From NCBI GenBank assembly GCA_964632095.1, contig CAZWBN010000001.1, positions 1-33,461 of the forward strand: a stretch of DNA of 33,461 bases, given 5' to 3'. Source of the stretch: an uncultured Clostridia bacterium (lineage in GTDB: Bacteria; Acidobacteriota; Aminicenantia; JdFR-78). Every line of letters starts with the position of its first letter. Positions within the stretch are counted from its first letter, which is position 1. This document shows positions 8,938-17,583 of the stretch, in pieces. A program made the translations under genes and the position numbers. The notes below the pieces were generated by a model, which searched no databases, was not told the DNA's origin, and was given only the letters and a program-made list of their open reading frames with translations.

Positions 8938-10021
8938 ATATAAATTTTCTCATTTTTACATTAATAATCAATCCAATACAAATATATGTGGTCAATAAAG
9001 ATGAACCTCCATAGCTGAGTAAGGGCATTGGAACTCCTGCAACTGGGAAAAAACCTATAACCATCATACCATTAACAAAAAATTGAAAAAAAAGTAAAAC
9101 ACCAATGAAATAAATTAAATAAATTCCTGTACGGTCTTTTGCTTCTTTAATTGAATTGAAGATTTTATAAAATAACATAAAATAAAGACTTAATAAAACA
9201 AAAATTCCAATATAACCAAATTCTTCGCCAATTACAGAAAGAATAAAATCAGTATGTCTTGCTGGCAAAAATCTTAATTGACTCTGAGTCCCCTTCTTAT
9301 AACCCTTTCCCAAAAATCCTCCTGAACCAATTGCTATTTTAGATTGAATAACATGATAACCTGACTTTAAAGGGTCTTTGCCTGGAAAAAGAAAAACAAT
9401 AATCCTCTGTTTCTGGTAATCTTTTAAAAGGAAAAACCAGCCAAATGCTCCCAAAAGAATTAAAACCATTAAAATAATAGCCAGGATTTTTCTGTCTATT
9501 CCTGTAATGAATAGGGCTCCTAAATAAATTGGAAGGTAAGTCATAGCAGTGCCAAGGTCTGGCTGGAGAGCCACGAGAAGAAGTGGGAAAAAAACTACTA
9601 AACTACTTGCCAGCTTATCCTTCCAGGAAATATAATCCCATCGGGAACGGGATAAAATATAAATCAAGAACAATATTATGGCTATTTTAGTCAATTCCGA
9701 TGGCTGTATACTGAACAGACCAAGATTTAACCAGCTTTTGGAACCTCCTATTTTATTCCCAAGCAATAACATAATAGCAAGAACCATTATCATGAAAAAA
9801 TAGAAATAAGAAGAATAATTTATAAGATAATTATAATCAATGCTAACAATTAAAAAAACTGAAATTAAACTTATAATAATCCATATGACCTGTTTCACAT
9901 AAAATTCATTATTTATATAATGAGTGGAACTATAGATAGCAAGGATTCCTATTATTGAAATAGCTAATGTCAAACCCAATAATGTCCAGTCAAAATAATT
10001 AATAATTCTTCTTAAATCCAT
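8930..10021 (-). CDS. rodA: Rod shape-determining SEDS glycosyltransferase RodA
   Basis: Polytopic membrane protein with QPSELTKIAIILFL, LQPDLGTAM and GEEFGYIGI motifs. Sits next to PBP2 and mreBCD. Confidence 0.9.
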   Translation of the reverse strand: MDLRRIINYFDWTLLGLTLAISIIGILAIYSSTHYINNEFYVKQVIWIIISLISVFLIVSIDYNYLINYSSYFYFFMIMVLAIMLLLGNKIGGSKSWLNLGLFSIQPSELTKIAIILFLIYILSRSRWDYISWKDKLASSLVVFFPLLLVALQPDLGTAMTYLPIYLGALFITGIDRKILAIILMVLILLGAFGWFFLLKDYQKQRIIVFLFPGKDPLKSGYHVIQSKIAIGSGGFLGKGYKKGTQSQLRFLPARHTDFILSVIGEEFGYIGIFVLLSLYFMLFYKIFNSIKEAKDRTGIYLIYFIGVLLFFQFFVNGMMVIGFFPVAGVPMPLLSYGGSSLLTTYICIGLIINVKMRKFIYG

Positions 10022-11783
10022 TTTCCTTTATATATTTTTCTCTATATAGCCTAAATAATTCTCTTGCAATAGGAGCTGCTGTCTCTCCTCCCATCCCTCC
10101 ATACTCAACAATAACAGTAACCACAATTTGAGGATTATCCTTTAGAGCAAAACCAGTAAACCAGGAATGAGTTTTAACTTGATTTTTTTCTCCTTCCTTT
10201 TTACTTACAAGCTGAGTTGAGCCGGTTTTCCCACAGATATCGAAGCCAGGCAATTTGGCTAATCTTCCTGTGCCTTTTAAATTCACTGCTTCCCACATTC
10301 CTTCTATCACATCTTCAAAATATTTTCTCTTAATTTTAATTATCTCATATGAATTTTTTCTGTCAGATTTTAGTAAGTGTGGAAGAACTCTTTTCCCTCT
10401 GTTTGCTATTTCAGCAGTATAAACTGCAACCTGTAACGGAGTAACCAATAATGGACCCTGACCTATGGAAATAGAGATTGTCTCACCAGGAAACCATGCA
10501 GAATGAAATAAGCGTTTTTTCCATTCAGGTGATGGAATCAGACCCGACTTTTCTCCAGGCAAATCTATTCCTGTACGCTTCCCGAATCCAAATTCAGACG
10601 CCCAGCTCTTAATTTTTTCAATACCTAATATATTCCCAACATTATAAAAATAAATGTTACAGGAATGCCTTATGGCTTCATAAAGGTTGACTTTTCCATG
10701 CCCACCTTTATTCCAGCATGAAAATTCTTTATTATAGAAATAAGCTTTTCCCCTACAATAAAAAGTAGAATTTGGATTTATAATACCTTCCTGCAACCCA
10801 GCTAATGCGACCACAGGTTTAAAAATCGAACCGGGTGCATAAAGTCCTCTTATTGCTCTATTTTCAAGAGGAGATTTTACATCTCTTACTAATTTCTCCC
10901 ACTCTTTTTTATTAAATCTCCTTACAAACTTATTCGGGTCATAGCTTGGACTGCTAACCATTGCTAAGATTTCGCCATTCCTCGGGTCAAGCATCACAAT
11001 TGCCCCTTCTCTTCCTGCTAATAGTTCCTGAGATTTCTTCTGTAAATCAAAATCTATGGTTAAAAATATATCTTCTCCCGGGACAGGTTCAATCCGATTT
11101 ATTTCTTTTACAAATCTTCCTCTGCTATCCACTATTTTCTTTATTTTCCCATCTTCACCCCTTAAGAGCACATCATATTTCTTTTCAATTCCAGCTTTTC
11201 CTATAATATCTCCCATTCTCAAATTCCTGAATCTCCTATTCTTCAATTCCTCTCTTGAAATTTCCTGAACATAACCTATCACATGAGCGCCACATTCATG
11301 AAAGGGATAATATCTTTTTGGTTCAAATTGAACGATTAATTCAGGAAATTCATTTTTCAATGCTTCAATCTTTGCTATTTCTTCCAATTTTAAATTTTCT
11401 TTTATAATTATTGGCTTAAATTCAGGATAAAATTTGTATTGGCTTATTCTATCCCTTAGAACATCCTCTCCAATATTTAATAATTTTGAAACTCTTTTCA
11501 AAGATTCATTGATGTCAAAACAATTTTCTCTAATTAAAGAAACATTAAATGAAGCCCTATTCTCGGCTAATATTACCCCATTGCGGTCTTTTATTAAACC
11601 TCGTGGTGCTGGTAAGTTCTCTTCCCTTAATCTATTTCTTTCTGCAAGAAGAATATATTTGTTATGGTCAAGAATCTGTATTTTCCAGAACAGTATCACC
11701 ATGCATATAAAAATGAAACCAATAATAAGAAAAGTAATTTTAGACCTCTTTTTAAGAGGAGTTAAATCTTCATATAATCTCAT
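9999..11783 (-). CDS. mrdA: Penicillin-binding protein 2 (elongasome transpeptidase)
   Basis: N-terminal TM anchor. Transpeptidase motifs SIFK (SxxK), SCN (SxN) and KTGS (KTG). Located between mreD and rodA. Confidence 0.9.
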   Translation of the reverse strand: MRLYEDLTPLKKRSKITFLIIGFIFICMVILFWKIQILDHNKYILLAERNRLREENLPAPRGLIKDRNGVILAENRASFNVSLIRENCFDINESLKRVSKLLNIGEDVLRDRISQYKFYPEFKPIIIKENLKLEEIAKIEALKNEFPELIVQFEPKRYYPFHECGAHVIGYVQEISREELKNRRFRNLRMGDIIGKAGIEKKYDVLLRGEDGKIKKIVDSRGRFVKEINRIEPVPGEDIFLTIDFDLQKKSQELLAGREGAIVMLDPRNGEILAMVSSPSYDPNKFVRRFNKKEWEKLVRDVKSPLENRAIRGLYAPGSIFKPVVALAGLQEGIINPNSTFYCRGKAYFYNKEFSCWNKGGHGKVNLYEAIRHSCNIYFYNVGNILGIEKIKSWASEFGFGKRTGIDLPGEKSGLIPSPEWKKRLFHSAWFPGETISISIGQGPLLVTPLQVAVYTAEIANRGKRVLPHLLKSDRKNSYEIIKIKRKYFEDVIEGMWEAVNLKGTGRLAKLPGFDICGKTGSTQLVSKKEGEKNQVKTHSWFTGFALKDNPQIVVTVIVEYGGMGGETAAPIARELFRLYREKYIKENGFKKNY

Positions 11784-12250
11784 TACTTTTTAAATTTAAA
11801 AACTATTTTGAAAATGATGCAACCAACAAAAGCTGTTAGAAGAGGCTGAAGAAATAAAATCTTTGCGCTCAAATGGATTTTTACTCCTATTAAATAACAG
11901 AGAAGAAAATTTATTATAATTTCAATCAATACACCAATAAAAATAAGAGGAAAAAGAACAATTAAATGAGTCGTATCAATCATTGAGCCAATATAACCTG
12001 CAATGAATCCTAAAACTGTTTTTGAGAAACCATTTATGCCAAAAATTGTGAATGTGAAAGAGTCCTGTATCAAACCTGAGACAGTTCCTGTTAGCATGCC
12101 TTCCCCCTCCCCTCCATTAAGAGCAAAATAAATTACAATTAAAGAAAAAAAGTCTATTAATAAAATAAAATGTAAATGGATTTTTAACAGAGAAGTTTGT
12201 ATGATAAAAGCTATAATTAGAGCAAAACCAATTGCTATTATTTTTCTCAT
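11783..12250 (-). CDS. mreD: Rod shape-determining protein MreD
   Basis: 155-aa multi-TM protein immediately downstream of mreC (4-nt overlap) and upstream of mrdA. The call rests on size, hydrophobicity and position. Confidence 0.7.
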   Translation of the reverse strand: MRKIIAIGFALIIAFIIQTSLLKIHLHFILLIDFFSLIVIYFALNGGEGEGMLTGTVSGLIQDSFTFTIFGINGFSKTVLGFIAGYIGSMIDTTHLIVLFPLIFIGVLIEIIINFLLCYLIGVKIHLSAKILFLQPLLTAFVGCIIFKIVFKFKK

Positions 12251-13053
12251 CTTTTAACTAAAATTAACAAATTTTCGAGTTTATTCAATTGAAAATAAGG
12301 CATGACCTCAATTTCTTTAAATAAACCTCCTCTGCCATGATCAATTTTAATAATCTTCCCTATTTTAATTCCCCGGGGAAAAATTTTATCCATCCCTGAA
12401 GTGATAATTTCTTCTCCGAATTTAACTTTTTGAGTTTGATAAATGTATTTAAAAAAACATTTTTTGGTCAAACTTCCTGTGAGAATGCCTATTGCTCTTG
12501 TTTCTGAACTCATAGCACCAACACCACTTTCAATATCAGTAATTAACTGTACTGTTGCCTGATTATCTGAAATGGGTTCAACAATTTTTCCAACAAGATT
12601 ATAATTTTCGTCAAGCACAGGAAAATTTTTCTTTATCCCGTGAGCATATCCTTTATTTATGACCAAACTTCTAAATATATTCATTGAATCAATACCGATA
12701 ACATCTGCTATAATAAAACCTGGCTGGCTGAGGATCTCTTCCTTTTTTATCTTTTCAAGTTCCCTCTTTAAAATCCAATTTTCTGCTCTTAATGATAAAT
12801 TTTCTCTTTTTAATCTTTCCTTCTCCTGATAAGTATTTTTCAGGAAAATGTAATTTTGCCAGAAATTTTTAATAGAAAAATACATCTTATGAACACCATT
12901 CTGAATAGTGGAGAAGACAGTGAAAATATTCTTTTTTAAAACGAAACCTACCTCCCTTCCCAGAGGAACCTGAATAGAAATTATTATTAAATGAAAGAGA
13001 AGAAGCCCGATTAATAATAAAAATTTTTTTCTTTTAGAGAGAGTATATAACAT
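12247..13053 (-). CDS. mreC: Rod shape-determining protein MreC
   Basis: N-terminal TM, a coiled-coil segment (ENLSLRAENWILKRELEKIKKEE), then a beta-rich C-terminal domain. Lies directly downstream of mreB. Confidence 0.85.
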   Translation of the reverse strand: MLYTLSKRKKFLLLIGLLLFHLIIISIQVPLGREVGFVLKKNIFTVFSTIQNGVHKMYFSIKNFWQNYIFLKNTYQEKERLKRENLSLRAENWILKRELEKIKKEEILSQPGFIIADVIGIDSMNIFRSLVINKGYAHGIKKNFPVLDENYNLVGKIVEPISDNQATVQLITDIESGVGAMSSETRAIGILTGSLTKKCFFKYIYQTQKVKFGEEIITSGMDKIFPRGIKIGKIIKIDHGRGGLFKEIEVMPYFQLNKLENLLILVKR

Positions 13054-13081
13054 TAAATAAAAGTTAAATAAAATAAATAAG

Positions 13082-14110
13082 TTAGGAAACTGAAATCTTT
13101 TTTAATAGCTTGACATCTTCGAGTAATTTTCCAGCACCTAAAACAACAGAAGTAAAGGAATCCTCTGTTCTGAAAATAGGAAGTTGAGTTTCCTCCCTGA
13201 GTCTTTTATCAAAATTCCTCAACAGAGAGCCTCCTCCTGTCAGGATTATTCCTCTGTCTATTATATCCGCTGCTAATTCAGGAGGAGTTTTTTCAAGCGC
13301 AACTTTTATTGCATTGATAATAGTGGATACTACTCCTTCTAAAGCTTCTCTAATTTCCTGGTCGTCCACAACAACAACCTTTGGTATTCCATCTCTTAAA
13401 TCTCTTCCTTTTATCTCCATTGTCATTGGTTCTTCAAGGGGATAGGCAGAACCTATTTGAATCTTAACATTTTCTGCTGTTCTATCTCCTATTAGAAGAT
13501 TGTATTTCTTTTTTAAATATTGAATTATAGCTTCATCCATTTCATTTCCAGCAATTCTTATTGAATGATTGAAAACTATTCCTGCCAAGGAAATAACTGC
13601 TATGTCAGTTGTTCCCCCTCCTATATCAACTATCATATTTCCTGTAGGCTCCCAGATTGGCAGTCCTGCTCCAACAGCAGCAGACATGGGCTGTTCCACC
13701 AGATACACTTCACTTGCCCTTGCTCGTAGAGCTACATCCTTTACAGCTCTTCTCTCCACCTGCGTTATCCCAGTAGGAATGCTAATCACAATTCTTGGTC
13801 TCACCCAGCGATTTTTCTCAAGGGCTTTTTTAATAAAATATTCAATCATTTTTTCAGCAACTTCAAAGTCTGCAATTACTCCATCCTTTAAAGGCTTTAC
13901 AGTCATAATAGTATTCGGAGTTTTTCCTACCATTTCTTTAGCAAGTTTTCCAACAGCTTCTGGTCTTCCTGTATTTTTATCCAGAACAACAATGGATGGT
14001 TCATTAACCACTATGCCTTTTCCTTTAACATAGACCAAAGTATTGGCAGTACCCAAATCAATTGCTAAATCAGCTGAAAGTTTATCTTTTACCCAAGAAT
14101 ATAATCCCAC
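13082..14110 (-). CDS. mreB: Actin-like rod shape-determining protein MreB (GTG start)
   Basis: DLGTANTLVY, DIGGGTTDIAV, GIILTGGGSLL. 342 aa. The start codon is GTG at 14108-14110. Confidence 0.95.
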   Translation of the reverse strand: MGLYSWVKDKLSADLAIDLGTANTLVYVKGKGIVVNEPSIVVLDKNTGRPEAVGKLAKEMVGKTPNTIMTVKPLKDGVIADFEVAEKMIEYFIKKALEKNRWVRPRIVISIPTGITQVERRAVKDVALRARASEVYLVEQPMSAAVGAGLPIWEPTGNMIVDIGGGTTDIAVISLAGIVFNHSIRIAGNEMDEAIIQYLKKKYNLLIGDRTAENVKIQIGSAYPLEEPMTMEIKGRDLRDGIPKVVVVDDQEIREALEGVVSTIINAIKVALEKTPPELAADIIDRGIILTGGGSLLRNFDKRLREETQLPIFRTEDSFTSVVLGAGKLLEDVKLLKKISVS

Positions 14111-14157
14111 TATCTTATCCTTCTCCTTATTTTAGATAATCCATTCATCGCAGGTAT

Positions 14158-14186
14158 ATTTTATATGAGAAGAGGTATGTTTTCAA
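14158..14186 (-). promoter_or_regulatory. Candidate sigma70-type promoter for mreB
   Basis: Minus strand reads TTGAAA (14186-14181), 17-nt spacer, TAAAAT (14163-14158), about 48 nt upstream of the mreB GTG. Confidence 0.35.
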
Positions 14187-14219
14187 GAATTAGTTTGGAA
14201 TGGTCTAAAAAGGAGTCAA

Positions 14220-14305
14220 TGCCGGAGGTGGGATTCGAACCCACACCCTGGTCGCCCAGGACTGGATTTTGAGTCCAGCGTGTCTGCCAGTTTCACCACT
14301 CCGGC
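14220..14305 (-). tRNA. tRNA-Leu (anticodon CAA), class II with long variable arm, no encoded CCA
   Basis: Folded by hand. Acceptor GCCGGAG/CUCCGGC; D stem GUG/CAC; anticodon stem CUGGA/UCCAG with loop CUCAAAA (anticodon CAA). Variable arm CCUGG-GCGA-CCAGG; T arm GUGGG-UUCGAAU-CCCAC; discriminator A. 86 nt. Confidence 0.9.
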
Positions 14306-14316
14306 ACTCATAGGAA

Positions 14317-14345
14317 ATTCTATTTAATTTTTAATTTCCTGTCAA
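14317..14345 (-). promoter_or_regulatory. Candidate sigma70-type promoter for tRNA-Leu
   Basis: Minus strand reads TTGACA (14345-14340), 17-nt spacer, TAGAAT (14322-14317). The tRNA 5' end is 11 nt downstream of the -10 element. Confidence 0.45.
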
Positions 14346-14373
14346 ATTCTACATATTTTATTAAATTTGTCTG

Positions 14374-14823
14374 TCAATCCTCAATTTTTCCTGTGAGCCA
14401 GCCAATTTTGATATTTTCTTTCCTATCACCTGGAAGATAGGGTTTAATGTCTATAACAGGAGTTCCTTCAATCATGTCAATTCCTTTCACTCTTAAAATA
14501 TTTCCTTCCCTCTCCAGTAATTCAACGATTGTCATTCCAATTGGATTTGGTCTATAAGGAGACCTTGTAGCAAACACACCGCGAATTTCATCACCAAAAG
14601 GAGGTTTTACTTCAAGATTATATCCATATGATTTATGAAATACAAAAATTATAATTAAATGAGAAAATCCATCTATATCCTTTAAACCATCCTCAAATTC
14701 TTTAAAAATTTCAATTCTTCCTTCTATAAGCTCACGATCTTCTTTTGGAATATCCTCTTTGTCTTTATATGGAGAATGAATTATTCCTATTGGTCTCAAT
14801 TTAAAATTTTTCATTGGTCTCAA
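14374..14823 (-). CDS. trmO: TrmO/TsaA-family (YaeB-like) SAM-dependent tRNA methyltransferase
   Basis: RPIGIIHSPYK..., FSHLIIIFVFHKS, RGVFATRSPYRPNPIGMTIVELL, GIDMIEGTPVIDIKPY. This is the characteristic UPF0066/TsaA pattern. Confidence 0.85.
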   Translation of the reverse strand: MRPMKNFKLRPIGIIHSPYKDKEDIPKEDRELIEGRIEIFKEFEDGLKDIDGFSHLIIIFVFHKSYGYNLEVKPPFGDEIRGVFATRSPYRPNPIGMTIVELLEREGNILRVKGIDMIEGTPVIDIKPYLPGDRKENIKIGWLTGKIED

Positions 14824-15229
14824 ATTTTTTGAATTTCAATTTTTCTCTCAAATTTTCTAAATCCGAGAGCTTTCCATTAAAATAAAAAAGATGGGATAAA
14901 CATTTACAATCCGAAGAACCAAATCCTTTTACTGGAGAAAAAGAGTATTCTGAGTCATTTTTTATTTTTTCAGCAATCTCACATTCAACCTTCCGTCCTT
15001 CTTTTATCCATATTTCTTTAATCTCCGCTTCTGTGAGGAAATAATCAATATGCCAGAACAGTTTTTTATTCTTCCTCAGGTATCTCGTTATCCTTGCTCC
15101 AAAACCCCTTTGAGCAGAACCTACATAAAGATAGTTTCCTGGCTGAAAATGCATAATATTTAGCTTTCCGATTTTAATTTTTCTTGGTTCTTTTAAATTC
15201 ATTAATAAAATATAAGTACCTTTTCCCAT
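14801..15229 (-). CDS. DUF123 protein (GIY-YIG/Uri superfamily nuclease-like)
   Basis: GTYILLMNL...YLYVGSAQRGFGARITRYLR...KLFWHIDYF matches the DUF123 pattern. I place the start at the internal ATG 15227-15229 (MGKGTYILL). This removes the 83-nt overlap that the longest ORF (to 15316) would have with the upstream methyltransferase. Confidence 0.7.
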   Translation of the reverse strand: MGKGTYILLMNLKEPRKIKIGKLNIMHFQPGNYLYVGSAQRGFGARITRYLRKNKKLFWHIDYFLTEAEIKEIWIKEGRKVECEIAEKIKNDSEYSFSPVKGFGSSDCKCLSHLFYFNGKLSDLENLREKLKFKKFETNEKF

Positions 15230-15233
15230 TAAC

Positions 15234-15869
15234 TCAATTAAGTTTTTCGAAGCCGAGGACAATGAATCCTCCTTCATCAAATCCTTTCTCTGGTTCTTCA
15301 ATTTTTTTAAACTCATTGGGTCCCTGAAAAAGGGTTTGATAAGCCTTACAAAATTTTAATCCTGCTTCAGAAGCTAATTGAATAATTTCTCTCGCTGAAT
15401 AAAAATTTGCCACTTTGTAAAATTTACTCTTTCTCTTTTTAGATTCATAAAAAATTCCCCATTTACTATTTTTTTCTATAATGCCAACTATCAATACCCC
15501 CTTTTTCTTTAATACTCTTTTTGCTTCTCTAAGCACTTCCAAGGGATTTTCTACAAAACAAAGAGTAACAATTATCGCAATAGTATCGAAAGATTCACTA
15601 TTAAAGGGTAAAAATTCTCCTACACCTTGAACAACTTTTATTCCTCTTCTTCTGGCAACCTTTAACATGTTGATAGAAGGGTCTAAGCCAATTTCTATTC
15701 TCAGTTGCTGGGCAAATCTTCCAGTTCCCACTCCAATTTCCAATCCAAATCCTTCTGAAACAATTTTTTTAAGAGCCTTAATTTCTGATAAATAAATTTC
15801 TCTATTTTTTTTAAACCATTCATCATATCGTTCCCAGTTTTCCTCGAATACTTCAATCTTTTCTTTCAT
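15234..15869 (-). CDS. Class I SAM-dependent methyltransferase (Methyltransf_11-like, small-molecule type)
   Basis: Motif I LEIGVGTGRFAQQL followed by a typical Rossmann-fold pattern (FDTIAIIVTLCFVENP...LKKKGVLIVG). No DNA-methyltransferase motifs (DPPY/NPPY or PCQ). Confidence 0.8.
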   Translation of the reverse strand: MKEKIEVFEENWERYDEWFKKNREIYLSEIKALKKIVSEGFGLEIGVGTGRFAQQLRIEIGLDPSINMLKVARRRGIKVVQGVGEFLPFNSESFDTIAIIVTLCFVENPLEVLREAKRVLKKKGVLIVGIIEKNSKWGIFYESKKRKSKFYKVANFYSAREIIQLASEAGLKFCKAYQTLFQGPNEFKKIEEPEKGFDEGGFIVLGFEKLN

Positions 15870-16396
15870 TCATCTTCAATTTTAAATTCCCACGCACACC
15901 AGTAATCAGACGGATGAGGGTCCGGAGGACAGGCAATACAGGCTGTCTTTATTCTCGGGTCTATGGTTTTAGCAAAATAGGTGTATTCCACTATACCGAC
16001 TGGCTTACAGGGAAAATCAGGAAGATTTTTTCTCCTGCGGGCTTCCTGAACCCGACAAGTTATCATCCTGAACACACACCGATTTTCTGATACTTCCATT
16101 ATTTCCTGTTTATTAATATGAGCATAAAGCCGAAATTTTAAAGCCTGAATCAATGCCGGAATTCCACCTCCTGGCTCTATATTCAATCTTTTCATTATTC
16201 TTTTAGCCTCAACAACGGTAAATTTTTCCCATGCCCTGCGGTCCAGCTCAATAGCTTTTTCCATTCCAAATTCCTTCTCGACTTCCTGGAACCAGAGTCC
16301 GTCATGAGCAAGCCAGTTTTTGGCAGCATCAGATAATAATTCTAAAAGTTCCTCCTTTGATAAATCCTTAACCTCTTTCATTGGTTTTCTCCTCAA
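15866..16396 (-). CDS. Conserved Cys-rich cytosolic protein (DUF6125-like / ATC-hydrolase-like fold)
   Basis: NWLAHDGLWFQ, CRVQEARRRKNLPDFPCKPVG, CIACPPDPHP...CAWEF. The family name is recalled from memory only. The start may instead be the second Met (16381). Confidence 0.45.
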   Translation of the reverse strand: MRRKPMKEVKDLSKEELLELLSDAAKNWLAHDGLWFQEVEKEFGMEKAIELDRRAWEKFTVVEAKRIMKRLNIEPGGGIPALIQALKFRLYAHINKQEIMEVSENRCVFRMITCRVQEARRRKNLPDFPCKPVGIVEYTYFAKTIDPRIKTACIACPPDPHPSDYWCAWEFKIEDE

Positions 16397-17582
16397 TATT
16401 TCCAGGTTTTCTTATTTTTAATTCTTCCAAAACTTCATAAAGATTATTTTTATCCATGATTATTATTTCCACAGAGGAATCAGCAAGAGCGTATTCAGGT
16501 CCTTTTCCTTTAAACTTTTTCTTTAAAATTAAAAAATCTACATCTCTTTTAATTAAATCCTCTGCAATGGCTATTCCTTTCCCCTTTTCCTGATGCACAA
16601 ATGGATTCTCAAAGGTCTCTATTTTTTTAATATTATTTGTATCTACATTAACATTAATTAAAGCGAAATAAGGTGCTTCTCCAAAATGTTCTGACAGTTC
16701 TCCTTCAGGTGATTTTAAAGGCACTGCATATTTAAAAATTTTCTTCTGAATAGGCTCATAATGGATCCGTATGCTGTCTATATGTGGAATCTCCTTCTTA
16801 ATTTTTTGTTCCAGCAATTCTACAATATGATGCGCCTTTTCAACTTCTCTAACATTGAGAGTTAAATCTGCCTCTATAAATCGATAACGCCCTGAGTTTC
16901 TACCGAGCAGGGTTTTAATCTGTCCCACCCTCCTTTCCTCAATAATGATTTTTCTTATTTTATTTAAAGTTTCGTAATCCAATGATGCATCCAGCAAAAC
17001 CTTAAGGGAATCGATTAATATTTCATATCCTGATTTCACAATAAAAATTATTACTATTCCAGCTGCAAATTTTTCTATCCGAATTCCAAACAAATACCCG
17101 CTTAATCCTATGAAAACAATTAATGAGGAGAGAGCATCTGACTTTGAATGATGCCCATCAGCTATTAAACTCGGAGAATTTGTTTTTTTACCCGCTTTTA
17201 TTTTATAGATTGAAAGAAAATAAGATACCAAAAAAGCTATCATAGAAACCAAAAGAGCAAGATTAAGATGTTTTACTTTAGGAAGAGAGGCAAAAATTAC
17301 CTCTTTTCCAATTTCATATCCTGCTAAAAAAATAAAAAAAGAAATAATAAGAGAAATCAAATTCTCCACCTTGTGAAGTCCATAAGGAAATGTTTTGGAT
17401 TTTCTCTTTGAGATTTTCAATCCAGCGAAAACAGCCAATGAGGAGATAAAATCCGTTAAGCTATGAATAGCATCTGCTTTAATAGCAATACTTCCCGAAA
17501 GAACAGCAATAAAGGATTTGAAAACTAAAAGGAATAAAGTTATTGAACTTGAAATTAATGAAACCTTTTCGGTTTGTTCCAT
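16368..17582 (-). CDS. Cation diffusion facilitator (CDF) transporter with a C-terminal NifX/NifB-type (dinitrogenase FeMo-cofactor-binding family) domain
   Basis: Six TM helices with metal-site motifs HSLTD (TM2) and HSKSD (TM5). A cytoplasmic CDF dimerisation domain follows (RFIEADLTLNV...IRIHYEP). The last ~110 aa read KYAVPLKS...SEHFGEAPYFALINV...GKGIAIAEDLIKRDVDFLILKK..GKGPEYALADSSVEIII, the NifX/NifB-C pattern. Confidence 0.8.
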   Translation of the reverse strand: MEQTEKVSLISSSITLFLLVFKSFIAVLSGSIAIKADAIHSLTDFISSLAVFAGLKISKRKSKTFPYGLHKVENLISLIISFFIFLAGYEIGKEVIFASLPKVKHLNLALLVSMIAFLVSYFLSIYKIKAGKKTNSPSLIADGHHSKSDALSSLIVFIGLSGYLFGIRIEKFAAGIVIIFIVKSGYEILIDSLKVLLDASLDYETLNKIRKIIIEERRVGQIKTLLGRNSGRYRFIEADLTLNVREVEKAHHIVELLEQKIKKEIPHIDSIRIHYEPIQKKIFKYAVPLKSPEGELSEHFGEAPYFALINVNVDTNNIKKIETFENPFVHQEKGKGIAIAEDLIKRDVDFLILKKKFKGKGPEYALADSSVEIIIMDKNNLYEVLEELKIRKPGNIEEKTNERG

Positions 17583-17583
17583 T

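Noticed and set aside
14111-14373. tRNA gene as an integration hotspot or genomic-island boundary.
   Set aside because: There is no integrase, recombinase or transposase, and I found no direct repeat of the tRNA 3' end anywhere in the window. The genes on both sides look chromosomal.
14801-15316. Longest version of the DUF123 ORF (171 aa), overlapping the methyltransferase gene by 83 nt.
   Set aside because: The internal ATG at 15227-15229 starts exactly where the conserved DUF123 core begins (MGKGTYILL) and sits 5 nt after the methyltransferase stop. The N-terminal 29 aa of the long form look like read-through of the upstream gene's 3' end.
14801-15869. GIY-YIG nuclease-like protein next to a methyltransferase, considered as a restriction-modification or other defence module.
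   Set aside because: The methyltransferase has only the generic small-molecule class I fold (Methyltransf_11-like) and lacks DNA MTase catalytic motifs (DPPY/NPPY, PCQ/ENV). There is no specificity subunit, helicase or ATPase. DUF123 is not a known restriction nuclease, and the context is a housekeeping-type operon.
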